Shown in pieces: positions 42,275 to 50,401 of a stretch of 64,000 nucleotides of DNA; within the stretch, counting starts at the first letter, position 1, and every line of letters starts with the position of its first letter. The position numbers and the translations under genes are program-made. The notes beneath the pieces were generated by a model, which saw only the letters and a program-made list of their open reading frames with translations, had not been told where the DNA came from and ran no database searches. This DNA is from Candidatus Gottesmanbacteria bacterium. GTDB taxonomy: Bacteria; Patescibacteriota; Microgenomatia; UBA10105; UBA927. Where the stretch lies: NCBI GenBank assembly GCA_963714095.1, contig OY970230.1:895907-959906 (forward strand), read 5' to 3'.

Positions 42275-43282
42275 ATGCAGAGAGAAGTACTAGAAAAATA
42301 CATTGCGGAATGGTTAGAAGACTATTCAAAGGAAGCCGGTTTATCTCATCAGACCGTATTAAATAAGACTTCTAGCATGAAGCGGTTTCTGTTGTTTGTT
42401 GGGGATAGAAAGGTCACAGTTCCCATTATCCGTGAGTATCTTTCCTGGTTGCGTGAGCGGCTGATGCTTTCCTCGGTGCGATGTGAGATAAAGAATCTGA
42501 GAGCCCTGTCATGCTTTTTGGTAAAAAGAAGGTACATAAAGCAGGAAGACGATTGGTCCGATCAAATCAGTATGCCAAAATACATAAAACAACCACTGCA
42601 AGTACCTGACCAAATAACAATGGAACGAATCATTATTGAGGGGACAACCCCGCAAAAGGGTGAAAATAATCGTTGTCAAAAGGCGAAAAGTGAAACGAAA
42701 GACGCACTCATGTTTTGTTTACGCCATGGTTTGCGCTCCGAGGAGCTGCGAAGTTTGGAGACGTCACAGGTATCACTTGATAGCGATACGCCAACCTTTT
42801 CGTTTAAGAGGAAAGGCGGCAAAGTGATGACGCTACCTATTACAAAAGATATGGTTCCGATGCTTAAAGAGCGTTGTAGTGCTCCTAGACGGCTTATTTT
42901 TACGGTTTCGGAGAAGACACTGAACACCGCACTGCAACGGGGAGCCGAGAGGTTGCATATAACCGAACCGGTCCACTGCCATACGCTCCGGCACTGTTTC
43001 GCCACGGAATTATTGAGGAAAGGTGTACCGATTGAGCAAGTAAGCGCTATGCTTGGTCATAGCAACATTCAACTGACGTATTCCTATTACCAGCACTTGC
43101 TTCCAAATGATTTTTCACTCCACATGGCAAAGCAGACCATAGTGAGGGAGCGCATGCCAACTGCGACTATTTTTGAGACCGTTATAAAAGCTGTAGAATC
43201 AACAGGGGTTACAAAAGATGCCCGATTTCAACATTTAATTAAACAAGAGGGGAAAACTTTGGTTATTCAGATTTCTGTGTGA
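42275..43282 (+). CDS. Tyrosine recombinase/integrase
   Basis: HGLRSEEL, KGGK, HTLRHCFAT, MLGHSNIQLTYSYY. Confidence 0.95.
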   Translation: MQREVLEKYIAEWLEDYSKEAGLSHQTVLNKTSSMKRFLLFVGDRKVTVPIIREYLSWLRERLMLSSVRCEIKNLRALSCFLVKRRYIKQEDDWSDQISMPKYIKQPLQVPDQITMERIIIEGTTPQKGENNRCQKAKSETKDALMFCLRHGLRSEELRSLETSQVSLDSDTPTFSFKRKGGKVMTLPITKDMVPMLKERCSAPRRLIFTVSEKTLNTALQRGAERLHITEPVHCHTLRHCFATELLRKGVPIEQVSAMLGHSNIQLTYSYYQHLLPNDFSLHMAKQTIVRERMPTATIFETVIKAVESTGVTKDARFQHLIKQEGKTLVIQISV

Positions 43283-43332
43283 GAGTAAAACTCCATTTTT
43301 ATCTTTCCATCTTTTTAAGTTTAAATTCAGAG

Positions 43333-43671
43333 CTATTTTTCTAAAATTTTTTTAATAATTGCCTCTATCCCTTTTGTAATATTATTTGATATGACACAGA
43401 GATGTCCAAATAAACCCATTGCAAAAATAATAAATAATCCAAAATCACTAATATCTAAAAGTTTACCCTTTAATAACAACGGCCACCTAACGCGTATAAA
43501 GTAATACCCGACTAATCCGGCAAATAGGAAGTTTACAATATCGTTCCAGAATTCAACAAAGTTAAGTTGCCAAGACCAGCCTTTACGACTGGGAGCAATG
43601 CTAGCAAATTTTATATAGCCCAAAATAATACTCGCTAAAAATACTAAACTTAAAATAACAAAATTATTCAT
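43333..43671 (-). CDS. Small multi-pass membrane protein
   Basis: 112 aa, ~3 hydrophobic helices; overlaps the upstream gene by 8 nt. Confidence 0.65.
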   Translation of the reverse strand: MNNFVILSLVFLASIILGYIKFASIAPSRKGWSWQLNFVEFWNDIVNFLFAGLVGYYFIRVRWPLLLKGKLLDISDFGLFIIFAMGLFGHLCVISNNITKGIEAIIKKILEK

Positions 43672-44245
43672 AAGTTTGATGATGGGAATGTTGTAAACTT
43701 TTGAAGTAGTTGTTTAGCGATGATTGCCGAACTTCTTGATTATTTGTATTACTATTTGATCCTCGTGTTGTAAATAGTAAACGGCACCCAATGATGACTA
43801 AGAGTATGAGAGCGATACAAAAACTGATTTCTTGTATATACAGGGGTACAGTAGTAGATGAACCGGGAACTGGGCCAAGCGCTTCAACTTCGCGATTTGC
43901 TTTATTAAATTGTTTACTAGAATCAGACCATATAGATTCTCTTTTACTTGAATCTCTGGATATTTTTACGAAATAATCGCTATCAAATAGTAGCTGAATT
44001 AAACCACTTAATATAGAAAAAAGAAATAATAGCCAGCTCGCCAAAAGTAATATTTTATCTGATTGACTTAATTGAATATTTAATACGATGACAGAGGCAG
44101 ATAATGGTAAAATTACTGACGATAGGGCGAGAAGTTGCCGAATGATTTCTGATTGTCGTTGGTTAGCAAGTTCAATCCAAAATAATGCTGCTCGTTGTGC
44201 TGCATCTTTGTTCCTTTGTCTCAAAGTTTCATCATCTTGCGCCAT
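43664..44245 (-). CDS. Multi-pass membrane protein
   Basis: 193 aa, ~3 TM helices; TAATG coupling to the upstream small ORF. Confidence 0.7.
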   Translation of the reverse strand: MAQDDETLRQRNKDAAQRAALFWIELANQRQSEIIRQLLALSSVILPLSASVIVLNIQLSQSDKILLLASWLLFLFSILSGLIQLLFDSDYFVKISRDSSKRESIWSDSSKQFNKANREVEALGPVPGSSTTVPLYIQEISFCIALILLVIIGCRLLFTTRGSNSNTNNQEVRQSSLNNYFKSLQHSHHQTYE

Positions 44246-44403
44246 TATTTTTTACCTTTATTAGTTGGCAGTAAGGGTTTTATTGAGTGACTTTCATTTG
44301 TTTTATCTTGTGTTATCGGTGCTGAATAACCTTTTTTGTCCTGTATAGTAGGCGCTGTGAATCCTTTTTTGAAGTCTGACAGTTGTGTTATTGTTTTGTT
44401 CAT
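44245..44403 (-). CDS. 52-aa repeat-containing peptide (missing from the ORF track)
   Basis: MNKTITQLSDFKKGFTAPTIQDKKGYSAPITQDKTNESHSIKPLLPTNKGKK; its stop overlaps the next ATG. Confidence 0.6.
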   Translation of the reverse strand: MNKTITQLSDFKKGFTAPTIQDKKGYSAPITQDKTNESHSIKPLLPTNKGKK

Positions 44404-44480
44404 ATAGTAGCTTTGCATAAGAGTCTAGCATTTTATATATATTCAAGCAACCATATAGAGTAACGAGTATAATTTGGCGT

Positions 44481-45851
44481 ATGACAAATTGTTATTATAA
44501 AAACGTAATAGACTATTTTGGATCTTCTTGGTTTGATTCTGCTTGGAAAGAATTTCGGGAAATAAGAAATAAGTTTTCAAATGATTCGTTTAGTAGTGAA
44601 ATCACTAAACTTGAATTAAGTTTACACCCGTTACATAGAGACATATTTACATGGCAAGATTTATCTAAAGGTTATTTAGATTTTGATAAAATACCCCAGA
44701 AAAGTGCATCGGATTTTAATTTATCTCATCTCGGACGTGATTTGGAATTATTGTCAGAAGAGATAAAACAACGGGGTTCACATATAAAACATGATCTTTT
44801 AGATCCAGTTGCCTACGAAAATCATAGATTTACTTTATTAGTTGCGGCGGGGTATAAAAAACTTGGTTTTACGGTTGAATTTGTTCCAGCGTCATCGTCA
44901 AAAGGGAAAACGCCGGATTTACTTGTTAATGATACTTATTTCATTGAGTGTAAGCAAAGAAACCAACAAAGTTCGGACGATTCAAGATATAGATTTTTTG
45001 GTGAGCTAGTTGAGACATATTTTGGAATATTACGAGTAAAAGGCATAAATAATTATTTTTTAAATATAGAGGATAATGGCTCTGTAGAATCGCATAAAAA
45101 TATTATTGATACGATCATAAGAAGAAAGATTTTTAGGAATCAAACTATACCCAACACAAAAAATACAAGAGTGTCTCTTACAAGAGCGACTGATTTTCCT
45201 GATTTAATAAAAATATTGAAAGAATTCGGTCATTTTCTAAAAGCCCCAGTTTTTACGAGAACAGAAGATGCTTTTATAGCTTCGGATCCGAAACTAATGA
45301 ATCTATTTATGCTTAATAAAAATATTAACGTCGCCGAGCTCTCAAAAAGTGTTTTTAGCCTGCTAACTGATGCTGACAGTAAAGACAAAAAGAATAAAAA
45401 GCTAATTGTATATATTGACTTGGGTAGGGCTCCAAGCGAATGGATAGCTAATCTGGCAGATTATCTTTATAAAGGGGTGGGAGTTCATGCTTATAAAAAT
45501 ATAGATGCATTTGTAGTTTGCAGGACGCCCATTCTTTATACTGAATCACGGACTGAAATAAGGCCAAACTTTAATATAATCGGTCATACTTCACGTCTTG
45601 GGGATACACCGGATAAATTGAATCTTTTTGGATTTCAAGGACATACAGGAATGGATGGATATTTTATTGACGGATTTTTGAACCCCATTATCACGACTAC
45701 GAGTGGTAGCAAGTATATAGAGTGTCATAACTGTGGCTTTAGACTTGAAGGCATTGCGACGAATTTAGGCAACGGCGAACAATTATCTGAGGCCAATATG
45801 CCATGCCCAAAATGTTCTCATGCAATGGATATGACAATAAAAGAAACGTAA
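44481..45851 (+). CDS. Putative PD-(D/E)xK nuclease-fold protein with C-terminal Zn ribbon
   Basis: KTPDLLVNDTYFIECK; CHNC...CPKC. Confidence 0.6.
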   Translation: MTNCYYKNVIDYFGSSWFDSAWKEFREIRNKFSNDSFSSEITKLELSLHPLHRDIFTWQDLSKGYLDFDKIPQKSASDFNLSHLGRDLELLSEEIKQRGSHIKHDLLDPVAYENHRFTLLVAAGYKKLGFTVEFVPASSSKGKTPDLLVNDTYFIECKQRNQQSSDDSRYRFFGELVETYFGILRVKGINNYFLNIEDNGSVESHKNIIDTIIRRKIFRNQTIPNTKNTRVSLTRATDFPDLIKILKEFGHFLKAPVFTRTEDAFIASDPKLMNLFMLNKNINVAELSKSVFSLLTDADSKDKKNKKLIVYIDLGRAPSEWIANLADYLYKGVGVHAYKNIDAFVVCRTPILYTESRTEIRPNFNIIGHTSRLGDTPDKLNLFGFQGHTGMDGYFIDGFLNPIITTTSGSKYIECHNCGFRLEGIATNLGNGEQLSEANMPCPKCSHAMDMTIKET

Positions 45852-46034
45852 GGAGTTGTTATCTTAAATAATCGTTTAGACCTGTAAAACTAAAGTAATG
45901 CAGTTATAGGGTCTAAGCTGAAATTTAACCTGAAGCTAAAATTATAACTAGACGTCGCACCTCGTTTATTGTGCGACTAATAATACTAAGACGTTTCACG
46001 CTTATCTATTTGTTCACAGTAGTATAATAACGAC

Positions 46035-46874
46035 ATGATCTACAAGGTTCGTTCTGCTACTCGGAAAGAATTGGATACGGCGATTGGTTGGGCGGCAAAG
46101 GAAGGGTGGAATCCAGGGTTATACGACGCTGATGCGTTCTTCGCAACGGACCCTAAAGGGTACTTCATGGGATTTCTCGGAAACACTCCGATTGCTTCGC
46201 TTTCCGCGGTATCCTACGGACCCGATTTTGGTTTTCTCGGGTTCTATATCGTCAAACCGGAATATCGGGGCAAGGGATACGGCTGGAAACTTTGGCAGAC
46301 GGCCCTCAAACACCTGAAAACGCAGAATATCGGTCTTGATGGTGTCGTAGCGCAACAAGAAAATTACAAAAGATCAGGGTTTACTCGTGCATACGCAAAT
46401 ATCCGCCATGAGGGAACGGGTGGAAATACCTCGCCGAAGTCAATCTGCATAGTCCCTTTGGCAAGGGTACCGTTTAATATTCTTCTCGCCTATGACCGAC
46501 AGATGTTCCCGGCCAAGCGAGCGGCATTTCTCAAACTTTGGATTAACCAGCCGAAAAGTCTAGCGCTCGGGTATATGAAAAACGGGAAACTACTTGGATA
46601 CGGCATGGTGCGACCCTGTAAGGTGGGTTACAAAGTAGGCCCGCTGTTTGCGGACAATGAAAATATTGCTGATGAACTTTTTCAGCAGTTCCGCGCATTC
46701 ACAGGAAAAGAAAAAATCTATCTGGACGTGCCGGAGGTAAACAAGAACGCGCTTGCTCTTGCCAAAAAGTATTCTATGAAGCCGATGTTTGAAACTGCCC
46801 GCATGTACACGAAGGCAATCCCTAAGGTAGCGCTCAATAAAATCTTTGGTGTTACGACGTTTGAGGTGGGATAA
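46035..46874 (+). CDS. GNAT acetyltransferase (two-domain, YitH-like)
   Basis: WAAKEGWNPG, YIVKPEYRGKGYG, KVGPLFAD, FETARMY. Confidence 0.88.
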   Translation: MIYKVRSATRKELDTAIGWAAKEGWNPGLYDADAFFATDPKGYFMGFLGNTPIASLSAVSYGPDFGFLGFYIVKPEYRGKGYGWKLWQTALKHLKTQNIGLDGVVAQQENYKRSGFTRAYANIRHEGTGGNTSPKSICIVPLARVPFNILLAYDRQMFPAKRAAFLKLWINQPKSLALGYMKNGKLLGYGMVRPCKVGYKVGPLFADNENIADELFQQFRAFTGKEKIYLDVPEVNKNALALAKKYSMKPMFETARMYTKAIPKVALNKIFGVTTFEVG

Positions 46875-47075
46875 ATTGGGGGGAAGGGCGGCCGTAAATA
46901 TTCTACTCATAGCCTCGCACGCGGAGGGTTAAAACCTGTTAATTATTTACTCGCGATAATTCCCGCATAATATTATTTCTGATGCACCAGTATAGCAAAA
47001 ATATAATTGATTCCTCAAATAACCACCTACATGGTTAAGAGGCGAGGCTGTATGTCTTCTACTACCCCCTGTGGT

Positions 47076-47766
47076 TTAATAGGAGTCTTCAACAGTAATG
47101 GAATAGCTACTGTTGAGGCTATGAATTTTTAGATAATATGTACCAGCCCCCGAATGTTCCACCACGGAATTGGTCGCGTTGCCCGTACTCGTGGCAAATT
47201 CTAACCCTGATCGGTAGCCGTTTACCGTTTGAGGTTGAATGCTAAATACACCTAAGACCAGAACGCGATCGGTCAGTCGCGACGTAGTTTATTCTCCATT
47301 GCGCCCCTCGTATATCAAAGCTGCTTGTAGACGAATCTCCATTGCTTCCAGAGATTGTAAAAACGGTATGCCATGCAGCTGGAGCCGTCGGTGATTGGGC
47401 GGTTGGGTATATTTTTTTAGTTGGAAAATATTGAAAATAATCAATGGTCGGAGTTGCATGTTTCTGTTGTAAAAATTCTTCTACGGTCATTGATTTTATT
47501 GGCTCCGTTTGGGGAGTGGCTATTCTCCCAACATAAATTAACACTGAAAAAATAAGAACCAGATAAAAAATGGACAATGATGCCTTTATGGAACTATCAG
47601 CTTTCACTCGTTTATCCCACAACCAGTAGTTGGGAAGTGTGTAGACGAAGATAATGAATAATAAAATGAGTGCTGCGTGAAAATTCCCAGTATATCCAAT
47701 AACAAGTAATGGTATGGCACATAACACTATGGCTAAACTGATGATGATTTTTTGTATTTTTGTCAT
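47076..47766 (-). pseudogene. Membrane protein with extracellular beta domain, frameshifted near 47270
   Basis: ORF 47242-47766 continues in the +1 frame as DRVLVLG...GAGTYYLKIHSLNSSYSITVEDSY to a stop at 47076. Confidence 0.65.
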
Positions 47767-47999
47767 AGCTTAAATACAGAAAATATGAAAGACAGAATGG
47801 TAAGAAATATATAAATACCACCAATAAAAATAGCGAAGAATACTGCCGTACTAATAATAATTCTCACAATTGCTAAAAGTAATTCAGTTGTCCAATGTTT
47901 TGAGGGAATCTTTTTTAATAAAGTAGTAACTTTTTGCCATATAAAAGACCACAGTCTCTTGAATTGTTTAAATAACATGTAGCTAAATATGTTCGGCAT
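47763..47999 (-). CDS. Small membrane protein (78 aa)
   Basis: ATG at 47999 preceded by GGGAG; amphipathic N-terminus and long hydrophobic C-terminus. Confidence 0.6.
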   Translation of the reverse strand: MPNIFSYMLFKQFKRLWSFIWQKVTTLLKKIPSKHWTTELLLAIVRIIISTAVFFAIFIGGIYIFLTILSFIFSVFKL

Positions 48000-48146
48000 A
48001 CAAAAAACTCCCGTCAGCGGTAGGTTTCCCCACCTGCAAGAGTTTCCCCTTACAGCCGACAAAGGCGCTCTGACGAGAGTTATCTGCCTTTGTCGGTCTT
48101 CTTTGCCATGCCCGGCATATTTGCCGGGTTTAGGCTATTAAATTGT
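48000..48146 (-). ncRNA. Structured cis-regulatory leader RNA of unknown class
   Basis: Promoter TTGCAC-17-TAAAAT (48181-48153); four hairpins, two GAAA tetraloops, alternative 12-bp pairing over the SD. Confidence 0.6.
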
Positions 48147-48194
48147 AGGTCCATTTTATACCTGACAACACAGGTGTGCAAACGCAAAAAATGC

Positions 48195-48223
48195 TTGACA
48201 CGAGACGTCGTAAAAAGTAAAAT
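48195..48223 (+). promoter_or_regulatory. Rightward promoter of the replication operon
   Basis: TTGACA-17-TAAAAT, divergent from the leftward promoter. Confidence 0.75.
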
Positions 48224-48363
48224 TTAAGTAGAATATCGTTTGGAAACGGTAAGTTCAATTTGAACAATCCGTGGGCGTAGAAGCTAGTATACAGCTTAGA
48301 ACAAGCTCTCCGGCCTCAATCGGGTGGAGTCCACTCTAAGATTTGTTAGTTAGCAGAGCCTAA

Positions 48364-48436
48364 GAATCAAGTTTAATCGGTTGACCACATTGTTGTTAAA
48401 ACTTGTTGGTTGTCTGATTTAACTTGAGTTTTTTTT
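48364..48436 (+). terminator. Attenuator-like long hairpin plus T8 upstream of the replication operon
   Basis: TCAAGTT-TAATCGG...CTGATTT-AACTTGA followed by TTTTTTTT. Confidence 0.55.
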
Positions 48437-48448
48437 GTGGAAAGACAT

Positions 48449-48631
48449 ATGACAGATACAAATTCAACATCAAAATCAATCAAACCTCTTTATACGGCTC
48501 AGAAGTGTCCTGTATGTAACGGATGGGGTACGGTTTCCTATCAACGAGTAACTTGCCATGCGTGTAACGGGAAAGGATACCTACTCATTCCTGTAATGAA
48601 AGACAGAAAGACAGAATATGATGGAACATAA
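48449..48631 (+). CDS. Small zinc-finger protein (CxxCxGxG twice)
   Basis: CPVCNGWG...CHACNGKG; overlaps the rep start. Confidence 0.7.
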   Translation: MTDTNSTSKSIKPLYTAQKCPVCNGWGTVSYQRVTCHACNGKGYLLIPVMKDRKTEYDGT

Positions 48632-49370
48632 AATAAACTTCAGCATCTTACGTCAGGCGGTACGAGATCCTACGCTAAAACCTATTGATAAAGTAGTTCT
48701 CATGGATTTGCTCTTATATGCTGGGACAACAGATAGGGCATTTCCAAGCGAAGCTACGCTTGCTAAAAATCAAGGAGTCACAGATAGGTACATTAGAGAT
48801 GTTATCGTTCATCTTAAGGACTCTGGATGGATCAGCTGGAAAAAAAATGGATATTCAGTAAGCAATAGGTATAACTTTAATCAAACTCTTTATCCTTGTT
48901 CCGACGGCGCTCACAGGAACTCTGTTTCCTATGATTCCGGAACTCAGACTCCGTTACATTCCGGAATTGCAGTTCCGCCTATACATAGTCAGGAAAGTAA
49001 TCAACATAAAGGTAGTCAAGCACAACAACTTTTTGAAGAAACTTTTAAGACGAAATGCACTCCCACGGAGGCTACCCGCTTACAGGGTCTTACTAGCTCG
49101 TATACGGAAGAATGGGTTGCCGCGGCCATTAAGGAAGCCCTTGGGAAGCATAAGCCATTCGTAACAGTCGGCCTCATTGAGCTTATCTTGTCAGATTGGA
49201 AGCGTGATGGTAAACCGGAGGAAAAACCAAAATTGGTAGCCTGCGGGTTAAATGGATGCAAACATGGCTATATATTTACGGGTAGCAGTTATGTTGAATG
49301 TAATTGCTTATTAGAATATAAAATTAGAGTGCAGAAATGGGAAAAGAGTGATAGGCGAGTGCAGTTTTGA
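48618..49370 (+). CDS. Replication initiator-like protein (HTH + DnaD-like domain + Cys-rich tail)
   Basis: AFPSEATLAKNQGVTDRYIRDVIVHLKDSGWI HTH; EEWVAAAIKEA...IELILSDWKRDG DnaD-like; CGLNGC...CNC. Confidence 0.75.
   Translation: MMEHKINFSILRQAVRDPTLKPIDKVVLMDLLLYAGTTDRAFPSEATLAKNQGVTDRYIRDVIVHLKDSGWISWKKNGYSVSNRYNFNQTLYPCSDGAHRNSVSYDSGTQTPLHSGIAVPPIHSQESNQHKGSQAQQLFEETFKTKCTPTEATRLQGLTSSYTEEWVAAAIKEALGKHKPFVTVGLIELILSDWKRDGKPEEKPKLVACGLNGCKHGYIFTGSSYVECNCLLEYKIRVQKWEKSDRRVQF
48915..48977. repeat. Three iteron-like quasi-palindromic repeats inside rep
   Basis: GGAACTCTGTTTCC, GGAACTCAGACTCC and GGAATTGCAGTTCC at 23-24 bp spacing. Confidence 0.6.
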
Positions 49371-49452
49371 TTTTTGACCCCTTTTCATTTTATTTAGTCA
49401 GTGGTACATTCTTCATAGAATATAAAAATAGTGGAGTTTAGAGCGTTATAAC

Positions 49453-49519
49453 AGTTCATCGGTAGAACGCTTTCCTGATAAGAAAGAGGTGCATGGTCCG
49501 ACTCCATGGCCGCCCACAA
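49453..49519 (+). repeat. attR: duplicated 3' part of tRNA-Ile
   Basis: Identical to 42105-42171; lacks the first 8 nt of the tRNA. Confidence 0.95.
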
Positions 49520-49543
49520 TTATTTATTGTATAATTCTCCATC

Positions 49544-50401
49544 ATGTCTCAATCTCGCGAACGGTTAATTTATCCAAAACTTCCTGGTCAGGGATTACGC
49601 TTTGTGATGGACGAAGTGATCCAGCATGGTGTCTTTCACACTGAACAAATCGGTTCTCAGGAAGGACGTAATCGCGCTGTTGAATTAAATAAACAAGGGT
49701 ATTCACTTATATTACTATGGAGTCACGATTGGATTTATGATGGTTTTGTTGCCGCGGGACAAATTCTTCGAATTCCGGAGTTTCGCAAACATCCTTCCGT
49801 TTTTCCGATAGGATTACATCAATATGAAGAACATAAACGCAGTCTCCATGCAGCAGAGTTTTTAGTTCGGGGGCATCTGGCTCCTATCGTGACAGAAGAC
49901 ACGTTGAAAATTCCAGAATATGTCGAAAGGGGTTGTACATTGAATGACGGATTAAAAGATTATCTTAATCTTGCAGTACCCGCCCTAGCAGCAGGAGGGA
50001 CAGTTGGTGTAGCGCCGCAGGGAGGAAGGGAAGATTATTACGGCGCAACCGCCATCAAACCGGCATTAAGCGTATTGCTTTCTGCCGCTACAAATAACGG
50101 ATTATCCAGGATAGCTATGCTTCCAATGGGCATCGGATTTAAAGAAATTAGTCACCCCGCTGATTACAGTAAATTGCATGATCTTCCATTGGGCACATTT
50201 ACGCCGACAGTTGAATTCGGTCGATGTACCACTCTTGAGGAACTCGGTTTACATCCGGGCATAAAAGGGAAAGAGAGAAAGCTATTATTGGGGAATATAA
50301 ACAACTTTGAGTTTTATGAACTTGCACACGTAGTGCCTGAAGATTATCTGGTCCCAGGATTTGATTTTTTAAAACAACCCGATTTGCTTCGAGGCATCTA
50401 A
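49544..50401 (+). CDS. Divergent PlsC-like acyltransferase-fold protein
   Basis: SHDWIYD (HxxxxD) and GVAPQGGRE (PEGTR-like). Confidence 0.55.
   Translation: MSQSRERLIYPKLPGQGLRFVMDEVIQHGVFHTEQIGSQEGRNRAVELNKQGYSLILLWSHDWIYDGFVAAGQILRIPEFRKHPSVFPIGLHQYEEHKRSLHAAEFLVRGHLAPIVTEDTLKIPEYVERGCTLNDGLKDYLNLAVPALAAGGTVGVAPQGGREDYYGATAIKPALSVLLSAATNNGLSRIAMLPMGIGFKEISHPADYSKLHDLPLGTFTPTVEFGRCTTLEELGLHPGIKGKERKLLLGNINNFEFYELAHVVPEDYLVPGFDFLKQPDLLRGI

Larger units (their letters stand above)
42105..49519. mobile_element. Integrative element (~7.4 kb) in tRNA-Ile, satellite/integrated-plasmid-like
   Basis: 67-bp direct repeats 42105-42171 and 49453-49519; integrase at the left end, replication initiator at the right end, AT-rich cargo. 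Confidence 0.93.

Noticed and set aside
45852-46030. Integron attC site or ncRNA between cargo genes
   Set aside because: Two imperfect hairpins exist, but no clear RYYYAAC/GTTRRRY boxes and no repeat at other cargo boundaries
46905-47055. MITE bounded by AGCCTCGC/GCGAGGCT
   Set aside because: Only an 8-bp inverted repeat, with no target duplication or second copy
48105-48135. c-di-GMP-I riboswitch
   Set aside because: Only a P2-like CCUAAAC...AUGG element is present; the upstream GGCAAA/GNRA/GACGCAAA part is missing
49453-49519. Second tRNA-Ile gene
   Set aside because: Lacks the 5' acceptor strand; it is attR
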